Source: Priapulus caudatus (taxonomy: Eukaryota). Taken from it: 64,000 nucleotides of DNA. Below, one piece after another: positions 38,524 to 50,542 of this stretch. The stretch covers positions 186,001 to 250,000 of the forward strand of contig NW_014577076.1 of NCBI RefSeq assembly GCF_000485595.1. Direction: 5' to 3'. The notes below the pieces were generated by a model that was not told the origin of the DNA, did no database searches, and was given only the letters and a program-made list of their open reading frames with translations. Both the position numbers and the translations under genes were made by a program. Numbering within the stretch: position 1 is the stretch's first letter; each line of letters starts with the position of its first letter.

Positions 38524-40492
38524 ACCGTATACGTATCTACCCCACCACTAACACTCTTTCTCTTTCACAGCGACACATAATGCTAACCGCTGTGCTCCAA
38601 ATCCTACCCTGCTGCGACTCTGCTACGCCATGTTTTTGTCTCCATTTTTCCAATCTAGTAATCTAGTAATCTTACGTAGATGCAAGAGGTGGCTTTGTGC
38701 GCGCGTTCGGCGGCTCTACTGGCTCCAAACACCCGAATTTTACAGCGTGTGTGTGCTCCGCGATTCGCAATACAATTCGTATTGCGTTGGCAGTTCGCTG
38801 TATTTAGAAGGTTTGTGTGGACGGCGCCGCAGCGTATTATTAATGTTACTAAAGAATATGCCGCGCATGAGACGGTAGACTTTCATGTATAGCGCCTAAC
38901 TACTAGTAACACGCATTGGAGAGAGTTGTGTGCCCGAGGCAGCGCGCGTCCGGTACGTCACTGCCTCATTTGCATCTAGATGAAATTCGTTGCAACCTGC
39001 AGCTAGCAGAATGCAATTTTCACTGACCGTCGCTCACTCGTTTGTAATCACCCGCAATGTAATTAGACGTTACGAGCATTTTCGTGATGTTTTCTGGCAG
39101 TGTTTCCTTCAGGTAGATAGTCGAATAATTGTCTTTTGGGGGGGGGGGGCTGTGGCGGTGCTATAGAATGACTGTTTATAAGTCGTTGATAATCAGAAAG
39201 GCCTAATGAAGCCTGATATGCCCAGCCATAGGGACGTTAGGAGGCTAAGAAGTCTAAGGTGTTGCATGATGCAATGGTGCAATACAGATGCAATGCGATG
39301 ATATTATTTCCGTCGTCGCTGAAGTGTAATGAATGGCGTCGTCTTAACATCTGGTTTTCAGAAAATTCAGTTCCGTAAAGTAACACTGTAGTATGGACTT
39401 GGCAGCCCTTTCTACAACACATACGTTTACGTTCTTACGCTACCTTTCCGCCACCATGTGCGTAATGATAGATGTGCATCTGGATTTGCACGTAAAAATC
39501 CCTGGCGTCAGTAGTAAAATGAGCCGTTCGACCGGGCAAATCTCGTTTTATGCCGCCACCATACTGGTGTGCGGGTAGAGCATAATATATTACCGTATAA
39601 TAACGCCGTGCGAAAGCATTCGAAGGCCGAACAACGGTAATGTACAAATTGCGACTTTTTTGCACCTGTGTTGTGTGGGCGTTGTGAGTGTGCGTGCATG
39701 TAAGAGCTAGATGAGAGCGATAATAGCTTCAGGAACAGTTGTGGCGCCTGGTGGAGTACGGAACGCGAATGCATGCGTGCCAGCCCGGCGGCGGGGGTGG
39801 ATACGCGTTGCTATGGTCGTGATTCCTATGAGGATGGGTGAGTATACACGCTGCGTGACTGAATGTGTGTTTGGAACGTTGGCGTTGTGTATGCCCAGGA
39901 TGAAATGTTTTTTAGCGTTGGTTAAAGTATGACAAAGCTACGCGCGTGAGTGGACTGGCAGATTAATGCGTTTCGTTACCATTTGATGGATAGACTCATG
40001 AATGTATTTCAAATGTTAATGGCACCTGATATCAATGGCAACGACTGAAATCGAATAAATTAAAATCGTAAAAAAATCGAAAAACAACAAAAAATTCAAT
40101 GAAATGGTGGCGCCTAATCCTGCGTTGTATGCTATCAAGACCATCATATGTCCCGTATGAGGGCTCGTGGTGCGCTGCATGATATAGGAAGATGGCGGTG
40201 ATATAGTCATTGTGTTACAACGATACTCGGGGGGAGGCCAAAGAGAATAGGTGCAGCTTCATATGGGGAGACAGGAACACATGTAGCAGGTGACGTCAGG
40301 AGGACAGTGGGAAGCCGCGGGTGAGCTATGGCGGGAAGGAAATCCCTGTCGTTGGTCATTTTCAATGGGCTGTGGTTGCATCTGTAACTGGTTACGTAGC
40401 ACTTTCAATTAGCGGTTTAGAGGCGGATAGGTGCAAGGAGGACGAAAAAAAGAGAGAAAGATGATGGAATGGAATAGGGAGCAAGAGCATTC

Positions 40493-40509
40493 GAGAGAGA
40501 GAGAGAGAG

Positions 40510-40583
<74 letters not shown>

Positions 40584-40625
40584 GCGCGCGCGCATGCACG
40601 CACGCACGCACAGAGAGATAGAGAG
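40493..40625. repeat. Compound (GA)n(CA)n(CG)n microsatellite
   Basis: Read directly. Confidence 0.95.
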
Positions 40626-41215
40626 ACGAACTAGGGGAGAAAGCGTGAGTGCAAAATTTAGAGAGTTTAGGGAGAAGGAGAGACACATAAAGGAATTATT
40701 GTGGAAGAGGATAAAAGGCGTGGAAAGTAAAGAAGGCAACGGGAGAACGAAATACTGAACTTATAAGGGGAGAATACAGAGGTAAAGATTGTGTGCGTGC
40801 GTCCATCTGTCCGTGCGTGCGTGCGTGCGTGCGTGCGTGCATGTATGTATGTGCATGTATGTGTCTGTTTGCTGCCTGTGTTGGTATGCGTGCGTGTGTA
40901 CAAGCGTGTGCGGTGAGAGATTTATTTTAATGTCGTCCATAATTACGAATTGATACTCGCTTAATTTTTTTAATTTTTGCACGAACGATGAAAATTTTCA
41001 TAGCTGATTCGCTCTTTGTTCGCACGAAATCTGGGATATACGTTGTGTGCGGGAATTTGAGCTGCTGGATCAAATATTTAACAATGTTATGAGGGTGTGA
41101 TTGCATTAACTTTGAAATGCGTTGGTCAACGCATGAAAAAGCCATTACAGCCCATTTCTCAGTTGAAGCCCGTTCCTCCCGATGTTGCTGAAGCTGATAC
41201 CGATGCTCAATCCCT

Positions 41216-41264
<49 letters not shown>

Positions 41265-41318
41265 CGATGGTGATGATGATGACGATGATGATGACGATGA
41301 CTATGGTGATGATGATGA
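41216..41318. repeat. (GAT)n microsatellite
   Basis: Read directly. Confidence 0.95.
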
Positions 41319-42138
41319 ATCCCGTTGCTTAGTTTGATGCTAAGGATCAGGGCTCGGGCTGATGCAGCAGCTCACTCCACGGAGCGACACGACAGCTCGT
41401 TCTCGCGACTAATGCTAATGCTCATGCGTGGGGAGGGCGGCACAAGAGCCAAAGCTCACTCGCGAGGAGGATGATTCCAGGGGTCAATTCGTTCGCTGAT
41501 CACCGAGGGTCGCTCCCATGGATAATTCATGGTGTGATTCCAGCGCTTGCTGTAAGCATGCAGCTATGACGTATACGACCTGCAATCCGTCTGTTCATGC
41601 ACATTCGGCATACGAGATATAATGATCATAATTATATATCGAGTGATAATGCCTGGTCGGCCAAAGGTTTGATGCCTGGGGGATGAAAATTGGTCCATGT
41701 GGTTAACTTGACACGGTGAGTGTCGTGGAATAGGTGCTGTTGGCCTCAGTGGTCACTGGAAATCACATGAGGTCATCATCAGAGGTCGAAAACAGTTATT
41801 TGCGGCTAACGAAGCCAGATAGAGAGTTCGTTATGAAGTACAAAAATGTTCCTTGACTCCATAGATTGGTGGGCGGATGAGGCCAGGTCCGACCTCCGAG
41901 GTCACTCGGGGACATAAGAGAACAACATTTCAATTTCTAGTTAAACTAAGCGAGATTCGGACATTGTTCGGGAGTACTAATGGTTGGGCGGATCACGTCA
42001 TGTAAGGTAGCTATAGAAGTCCTTTTCATTATTATATGATAGACATTTCTATAACCTTACTGAGCATTTCTTACTACGCAATAGAATAGAACTTCATAGA
42101 ACATACCTTCACATTCCATATGGCACAATTCTTGACTA

Positions 42139-42470
42139 ATGGAATTTAAGGTCGCTAGCCTTAATCTAACATCGCCAAGCTTCTCCTATGGTCAGCTTCA
42201 CGTTGGGTGTTCAAGGGTTGGATCCCCACAAAACCTCTTCATTCTTGCCCCAGAAGGAAAGACTAACAATGTTATATATCCAGAAACTTTGGAAGCATAA
42301 AATCATGTATTATCTTTCAAACTGTTTTGTCAGGATACTGTTTAGCCATCCATATTCTGTTTCTCTTTTACGGCTCTATCCTTAGAAATTCTTAGTAAAT
42401 ATATGTCAGAGTTTGCTCCACAAGTTGTTCCTAATCTTTTTCTTTCGAGCAACGCCTGTACCCCAGCTAG
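42139..42470 (+). mobile_element. Helitron 3' remnant
   Basis: The helicase tail is followed by an eroded hairpin TTCGAGCAACGCCTG and TACCCCAG-CTAG|T (CTAG at 42467-42470). The 5' extent is uncertain and may reach the GAGGTCA-rich stretch from ~41600. Confidence 0.8.
42145..42300 (+). pseudogene. C-terminal fragment of a second Helitron PIF1-type helicase
   Basis: Hand translation FKVASLNLTSPSFSYGQLHVGCSRVGSPQNLFILAPEGKTNNVIYPETLEA* aligns without gaps to LKVVGFNLSEPVFSHGQLYVGCSRVGNPDNLFILSQDGKTKNVVYQEVLQN* of the 25.6-kb helicase. Confidence 0.9.
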
Positions 42471-45400
42471 TACGCTCATAAACATGCAGCATGCACTCTT
42501 TTACTCGAATCCAGTTGATTATAGTAATACTCACGTGGACCAGAAAATAACCGACGATCTGCAGGTTTGATATTTTCAACGTCGCCCTACACACCTTTTG
42601 CGTAGCAATAATATTCCAGACGCGCTTGTGTGCATGGCACGAGAGATTAATTGCACATTGTGATTTGAAACATCGTTTTGTTAATTATACAATTGTTAGT
42701 ACAAACGTAGTCCGTTATACGTTGCATTGTAAAACACGTCTCAATCAATATATACTATTCTTCGATTTTAAACCGGAATGTTGGCTTTCCGGTCTGTGTT
42801 TATCTTAAGTGTTCTGATTAGAATTTCAGAGTAAAAATCGCCAAATCGGAGCCGCTATTTTTAACGAAACCACCATTATAGTTTGACATTTCTAAGAGCA
42901 GCCAAAGCTCGTGTATTTTTGTTGGGAAATATTATCGCTTTGCATTATGCAGTGGGAGTTACCTAATGAAATAAAAACACCCCGTGCACAGAGCTTCCTG
43001 TCACCCCGAATTCCTTAAATGTATTTACGTATTCTGTTTTGTCTTTTCCTTGCAAGCATTTTTTTACGTAGTTAGTAAGGGGATTTAAGAACGATGCACA
43101 CAAGTAATAAACACCTAAAATATAGTGGTACTCACATAAACAATGATCAATTTGTCTAGTGATTTTTGGTGCCCTTATATGATCTTGTTTAGAACTATCC
43201 CTTTCGTTTTCAGGTTTGTCATTAAGACGATAAAAATAAAATCACGTGTTTTCCCCGTTAACTGGTTAACTGTAATATATGGCTGTAGAGTAAAGATAGA
43301 TAGTTAATAGAGCACTTATCCAGTATGGTAGTCTCCATCCCTTGTAAGAGGTTTAGTCGAAGATTTAATACGCACAGCATTGGCATTAGATTTCATGTGG
43401 TCAGCAAGCATGCCACTATACCAACAGAGACGTTAACCCTTCAAATAACCATCACTAAAGCCAAATCTCCCGTAAGATGTAAGCTTATTGTGTGTCATTT
43501 TCATGGTTGTTGTGCGATTTTTTCAAGCACTACGATTATCGTTCTTCTTGTAACCAAAATCTACTACTGTTTTCTCATGTTCAATGCTCCTCCCAATTAC
43601 CAAATCTCTACCAAGTTGCAGATATAGTCTTTCTCAAGTTCAGTGTCAAACATGGTTTCTTTTTAACATATCATTTAGACAACTGCACAGTTTTCTTGTC
43701 GCGCGTACACTGTATATGTACTTACTCTAAATGCAGGAAATACCTTAGAGCAAGTAGTATGTCTATCTAAATCAGCACACGCTCGATCTAATAAAGGCAG
43801 TTTACGTGGCGAATGCTTTAAGAACAGCATAGGTGAAGAACATACCTAGTCTAGACTAGTTTACAACTATAATTTCGGTTTCACCAACTACGCAACACGA
43901 TGTTTCATTAGAATGACAGATGATCTCTCCCTGCTCCGTGGTCGGTTTAGCTTTCTCCTGTCGTCTCCTCGTATCATGTTCTTGTGAATAGGGTAAGAAT
44001 CGATTGGAGTTCATGAGGGCATAGAGGATCAGGTCACCGCTATATATAGTATTGAGTAGAATTTCAGCTTGCCGATATACGAAGTAGACAGAGTTCAGGT
44101 CCCGGCAAGGCCATACTGCCGATAGCATCTCGTCTATTCATTGTCAAAACACTTTACTCGAATGCTAGCGCACAAATAAAGTCGTGGAAAATGTCTTCTG
44201 CAATAAGGAACCGTCGTTGCGGGAGGTGGTCGTGATTGCCACCGCGTGAGAGTCGAACTATTGTGCTGCCCCCTTTCCACGCGCATGCACGCAGCTGAAT
44301 TCAGATGCGATGACCTACGTAATGCAAATGTTGCTCGGCTATCTAAGATAGGAAGTGCGTTAGAACTGACGCGTCGGGCTTGCTATTACAGTGCCAGTTT
44401 GTGCGCATTTTCGCGACGTGTCTCGACATTTTATCGCAAGTAAATGTTATTAGCACAACGACACATGGGAGAGGTTGCGCACAATCTGATTTCGCTCCCT
44501 GGGCGCCGGCCAGGACTGGTTAATAATGTGCAGCGCGTTTGAGATGTAAATTTGTCGACGAAAAAATATATCAGTCGGAATAGACTTTCACAACGACGTG
44601 ACACATGACATCATATCGCCTGCCCGGAGTTTCTTAAGAAAATCGATAGCGTCTCTGCTTTCCACACATATCAGACTAGCATGCGAAGCCCAACTTTAAG
44701 CGACAGATATTTGAGAAGAGAACGGGTGTGTAGAGAGCGGGGGAAGAGTGAGAGGGAGGAGAAAGACGTAGCAGTGCTGTCCAGTCCGTGCGACAAAATT
44801 CGCCAGTATGAGTATACGTAATGACTGGCGCCAGCGGGCGAGCGCATATTACAGCATTGGAATTCTAGGCGACATGAAATTTTAATTGTATATTATTTTA
44901 ATTTTATATTAAGAACAGAAAACCGGGAACTGCGTTTTGTGCGGAAGGGGTGGGCACATGAGATCATAGAAAATTTTAAAAATGATATTTGAAACGCAGC
45001 ATAAATGTGAAACCCTCTGAATCCCCTGTGCCAACGGGGCTGAAATCACACGGTTTCCCCCCACACTCAGTCATGACGTAGGTCCATGCATGGTCTCATG
45101 GCCGCAGTGAGGCGAGTATTGGCCTTCCGATGGGCCGAGTGGTAGGATAGAGAGAAAGCGAGAGAGAGAGAGAGAGAGAGACAGTATGAGAGTGTAAGAA
45201 AGAGGGAAAGCCATAGACGACATGTTACAGAAAGGTTTCTGGGCACACTATAGCGAGTCTGTATAGGTGCGTGCCCGAGCATATATTATGGTTAACGTTG
45301 TTAAATATCGTTAGTTATAGACAACGCATTGTTTGCGCTGAGTAATGAAAATGGTACATTAATTACCGGTGTAATTAATGGGGCCATAATCAGCCGTTAG

Positions 45401-46520
45401 CCAGTGATCTTGTCTAATAAGTACTTGTTGTTGACAATTTAGTCGGACTCAAGGCAACCATCATTACTTTATATTGCACGCACATATGCATGTTACGTTC
45501 TAAAGCGCAGTACAAATGTACTGATGTTTACATTGCAAAACAAGTTTATACATTTCTGCGTAATATAAATATTCACCCATCTGTTGGCTGGTGTTAAATC
45601 AATGATAGGGTCATAACACTGTCGTATATCGGCTCTTACTTCGGAGTGTGAGTATAACGAAACGAATGCTGAATTTAAGAACTCTTTGTAAATGTAAACC
45701 TTTTGTAACTTTTTGTAACTTTTTGTAACTCTTACAAAGAAACTTTTTGTAATGGAGCAGGCGTTGCTCGGAAGGACATCACGGTTTGCGTTTTTTTATT
45801 CATTCTCATAGTAATATCAAATCTGAACATTTTAGTTTGCCCTGCGTTTCAGAAAGCAAAAGTTGTCACCGTTTTCATTGTGCTCAATGTAGTAAAATGC
45901 GTTGCGTAGCATTTCCTGTGTGCGCAATGTAAAAACATGGTAACCATACAACTTGCAATTCATTAGCGTTGGCGCCCAAAAATACAAAGATTTGGTCACG
46001 CATGTTATAGGTTTATTCTGTTTGCAATCTTCTTATTAGATGGGCATTGTCGAAAACCACATTTATCGATATAGAAGTAAGTGAGTGTGGAAATGAGAAG
46101 CTAAAAATTTGAATACGGAAGCATTAGTTGATTGAACGACTACTGTGATTGTATCTGTACGGACCAAAATAAGTAATTGAACCAAAGATCTCAACTGTAC
46201 ATAATATATAGAAGTATGTAATATGCTTTGACCGCATCTGCCAAGTAACCGTAGCGTTTGTCAACCTCTTGCAGATTAAATGCCCGTATTTTGATTAATT
46301 AGTTTATCATTCAGTAGCTTTACGCTATTAACACCTCTTGGATCATCATTTCACTATGTTAATGTTCATCTGGTGGCATTTCATTAGCTCGCATAACATG
46401 GTCGATCTCACTACATATTGTATCTGATAGACAAAGCTATTACGACTACATACATCAATAATTATATCGGTTCCTATGTGCACTACACTGCAGAAATTTT
46501 GTTACCCTAGCATAAATACC

Positions 46521-46561
<41 letters not shown>

Positions 46562-46818
46562 CGTATAAATCCCAGTACTAAAACAAATAAGATTTACATT
46601 TGCTGTAAATATATAAAAATAATGCAGACGCAATAAAAGCATGCACATGTGTCCTTTAATCTTGAAATGGCATGAAATATGCATGTACTTCTCGCTTGCC
46701 CTGAATGTGCGTGCACTCGCTATCTACAAGATAAGCGCAATATCTGTGTCTGGGTGCCGGATCTCCTCTTAATCCTAAACTACCGGTTACAACTATACGT
46801 GGCATATAATATACACAA

Positions 46819-47395
46819 TGTATATATATATATATATATCTTGGCGCGCACCCTGTCTGGTTTTAGGTTATAGAAATTTTACTTTGCGACGACAGAATTT
46901 GTAAAAACACGGAAGACAGAATTGGTCAATCAGCTCACAGTTTTCTGTCAACCGGTTAACGCTTTTTTTCTATATAGTGTTCTATATTTATATTTATATC
47001 TGTATTTTTTAGTTTTATTTGTTTCTATATAATATTGACAACGACGCTTGGTTCAAACAGTACACAACGAGAAAGAGAAAAGAAAACTTCGCTCATCTAC
47101 TCCATAAAAAAATGTAATGTTTTGTACGCAACGATATTTTCATAATGGAGTTATTTGCACACTATCACTATGGCACGCGTGCCACAAAATGACACACTAT
47201 CTCTATGCACACTGCATCTCTACACTGCAGATAGTGCTTTACGCTAATGTAATTATGGTTTTCTTTTTAAAACTTATTGCTCCACTGCTGCATTCATTAT
47301 TCAAGTAGCACTTGTGATTCTCTACCTTCCTTTGAAACATAAACATCATGTTTTGGTCGCGAAGGCAACCCAGGCAACGCCGGGTCCTCCGCGAG
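46819..47395 (+). mobile_element. Possible degenerate non-autonomous Helitron
   Basis: 3' CCCAGGCAACGCCGGG-7 nt-CGAG|T (47369-47396) resembles the other two Helitron ends. The 5' end is guessed at the (AT)n tract preceding CCCTGTCTG. Confidence 0.45.
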
Positions 47396-48635
47396 TCTAT
47401 TTATGTAATACACTTGCGTCTACGTTTTTATTGAAGCATGGATCCTGTTTACTAATACAGGAGACGCGTTTATGCTTGAATAGATTTACAGGCGTCTTTC
47501 ACTTGCCGTGAATAAGTGAGTATTGAATAAGAAGCCGTTTTCTATCATTTTTACTATAAGTAATTGAAAAATTTAAGCCATTGGAAATGTGTTTACAGTG
47601 AATAACACACGCAGTCCATACGGCTGAATTCTTTCTCTGCCCGAGAATTCTTTGGTATTAGGATACGTGCTATAAATGCGCATCCTGACAGTCTGGCTGG
47701 CATTCTCTGCAAATTGTGTGAATTTTGGTATCGGGAAAAGTAGATAACGTGTAAAAAAATCTGCACTTAATAACTAAAACTAATGTTATTGTATGTAATA
47801 ATTGTTCATGCATTATTGCTCAGTCGAGGAACCGTCGCGATCGAGCGTCTTAATTGTGCGCCTAGAAATATGTGATTTGCATCTAATCTTTACACACAGC
47901 TAGGTCTAGTGTGGAAATCCTTGAATGCTGCATTTATCTTGTTACGAATTTTCAATTAACAGCTCGAAATCTAACTATTTTGATTGTGCTCTGGGATGGA
48001 AAATTTTCGTATTTGCGTCGCACGTGAAGCTCATTACAGCTACGATTAGTTGCGGTTGCAAGCCCATATGTGAATACAATGCATGAATATATCTCGTGTG
48101 GTGCAATATGAATATGAAATTTTCAATCTTGTCAGATAATGTACGTTTTTACTGCCCGTACTGTATAGTATAAGATGTAGATTCCATTTAAAATGTGTTG
48201 GATGAACATTTTTATTAGGCAGTGCCTCATGTGTACTGGTTAATTAAAATATTAGTGCCAGTGTAGTAAATCGAGTGGCGAATTCAACGGGGGCAGATGG
48301 CGGTCTCCCCCTTCACATTCGTGACTACAGTCGCATTTATTACAGTGCGTAGCAAACATTTCTCATCGTTGAATTTGAGAAAAGGTCTTTCAAAATAAAT
48401 AGAAACGTGTAGTCAATATCCATCGGATTGCAACCACATTCTTTCATGGAAACATTCTTTGCGGTGTGTCCAACTATCCCCCTGATCTGTGCTCATTGGA
48501 TTCAGAATTCCTTGACGTGCCCCTGGAATTTTGTTCAGCTATGCGGTTGATGCCACAAATATATTTGTCCACATGTACGATTACAGTTCCATATACAAGT
48601 GCATATATAATAAATGAATCGCTTTCTATCCGCAG

Positions 48636-48842
48636 GTGGCATCAAAGGTTGGCTTCGATGACGAGCAAGTTTTAGCACATGTTGAAGAGCTGATGACGGA
48701 ACTTGAACCCGAGGATGACGATGGTAACCATGGCGATGACGACAATGATGATGACGATGATGATGCTGTCGACGTCAGTACGGCGAAGGATGAGGAGATT
48801 GAGACTGATTCCGAGGAGGATGGAGAGGACATGGAACACTGA
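48636..48842 (+). CDS. Terminal coding exon of a host gene; resembles the C-terminus of the Acl4-like TPR protein (assembly chaperone of Rpl4)
   Basis: Acceptor CTTTCTATCCGCAG| gives phase-0 VASKVGFDDEQVLAHVEELMTELEPEDDD...IETDSEEDGEDMEH*, with ATTAAA at 48955-48960. The family call rests on recalled similarity of the DD..(V/M)L.H.E.L..EL helix, acidic tail and MEH end. The exon itself is more certain than the product. Confidence 0.7.
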   Translation: MASKVGFDDEQVLAHVEELMTELEPEDDDGNHGDDDNDDDDDDAVDVSTAKDEEIETDSEEDGEDMEH

Positions 48843-49085
48843 CACCACCTAAAACGAATCTCCATACGATTTGCGTGCATGACTCGATTGAATGTGGCGG
48901 CCGATTACCACCATTTTTTTACCAACTTGCCAACCACTTTGTCTGTCTCGAACAATTAAATGTGTGTGAGTAAAATTGCGCAAGACATGACGAGATTTAC
49001 GATAAATTAGCGTTGTTTTATTAAGCTACTGCGCAGAAAACTTTCACATAGATACCATTAACACAGACGCTTCAATGGACTGAGC

Positions 49086-49117
49086 GCGCATGCGCAGTCA
49101 GCACGAGTGACGTCACT
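49086..49117. promoter_or_regulatory. Adjacent NRF1-like and CRE palindromes
   Basis: GCGCATGCGC (49086-49095) and AGTGACGTCACT (49106-49117); function unproven. Confidence 0.3.
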
Positions 49118-50084
49118 GATGGGAATACTTCCCGTGTGATAGGTAATCAAATTTTGTATAAATAATTGGATTTGGTATTACGTTTGATATGTTTTTGGTT
49201 ATACTCGTGTTTGTGTTTTGTATGCGCCGATGTGGTTGTGAGTACAGTTTCATATACACCGCATTTCTCGACCTGGGAAACGACAACGTGAAGTCTTGTC
49301 GAACACAGGAATAGTTGTTGAGTGATGTCACGGCCCGTCATAGCTTTGCCATGCGCCACCTACCGCCCCCGCAGTCACTGAATTTGCGAATTTGCCACAG
49401 TAGCAAGTCTGTTCATTTGTTTCCATAAACCTGGATCGTCAGCAGACATCGAGAGAGAGGGTAACTTCTTCGCTGCTGATTCGATGGCACCTAAACAAAT
49501 TGCTTATCCGTGGGCGTGATGTGCCGACATTGAGTTTTCTAGTCTCTGAGCCCTCCCGTTGAGTACTTAATGAGAGCTTTCGAAATGCCACTCATTGCAG
49601 AAGAAGTCGTATCGCCATTAGTTCTTTGTGTACACCTCAGGCACACTAAAATGGATTTTTATCTGGAACGTTGGTAATTTTATGACGCTTAATAATCGAT
49701 GAGGTAAGTCGTCTTGGCCATGTGCCTATAAATAGCAAATGTGTCCTCCTGGGTCAGACAGTATTGCCGTCTGGGAAGCCGATCCTGGTTCTGCTCGGGT
49801 AATATACATAATCGATTGCCGTTTTCATTACATCTGTTAGTGTCTATAAGAAGTGCGCCACATTCGGTATAATCGGTGCTTACACTCCAGTCCTCTTCTC
49901 TCTCGCGCGCCAGATTGTGGACAAGATAATGTGACACCTGCTTTAATAATATAGATGGCGTTACACTGGAAGGCAACCCGTGACGATTTGAATGACGCAG
50001 ACTGACAGCTTTACGGTTGCGCGAAACCGACACGGGGATCTTGTAACAGACACGATGTTTGTAATGAGTATTAAAGTAACTTAA

Positions 50085-50112
50085 AGTGATTACGTCACCG
50101 TAAATAGTAAAA
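50085..50112. mobile_element. Isolated terminus of the Kolobok-like family
   Basis: TTAA-AGTGATTACGTCACCGTAAATAGTAAAA is the exact reverse complement of 15880-15911. Confidence 0.7.
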
Positions 50113-50293
50113 AAGTAACTTTAGCCGCATGACGCGAAAACCGAAAACCGAAAAACCGAAAACCGAAAACCGGAGCTACTTCTCCGACTAAGATTACGCT
50201 TCAACAACGATGCGTAGATGATGCGTAACGGTGATAGTAAATTCTGTCGTCGGCTCGCGTAGTAGGTATTGGCATTGCCGCCAGCAGTATCTG

Positions 50294-50542
50294 GGGTGAT
50301 ACTCCATTAGGAGTGTTCCCAACTTTAATGTCATTAATGGTCATAATAACATATATATATATATATATATATATAATTATATATATATATATATGGTCAT
50401 GGTCATATATTAGTTTGTGGTTTAATGTCATTTAGGTTAGGGTTAGGGTTAGGGTTAGGATTATCAATCATTAATCATTAATCATTCATCATTATTCAAT
50501 AATGATATCAAAGTTGGGAACACTCCTAATGGAGCGTTAGCC
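50294..50542. mobile_element. Complete telomeric-repeat-containing MITE, 249 bp, 8(-9)-bp TSD
   Basis: TIR core CTCCATTAGGAGTGTTCCCAACTTT / AAAGTTGGGAACACTCCTAATGGAG, GG...CC ends, AGTATCTG at 50286-50293 and 50543-50550, internal (AT)n and (TTAGGG)3-4. Confidence 0.9.

Noticed and set aside
48276..48525. AGTGGCGAATTCAACGGGGG ... GACGTGCCCCTG possible hAT-like MITE
   Set aside because: The ends are too poorly complementary and there is no TSD.
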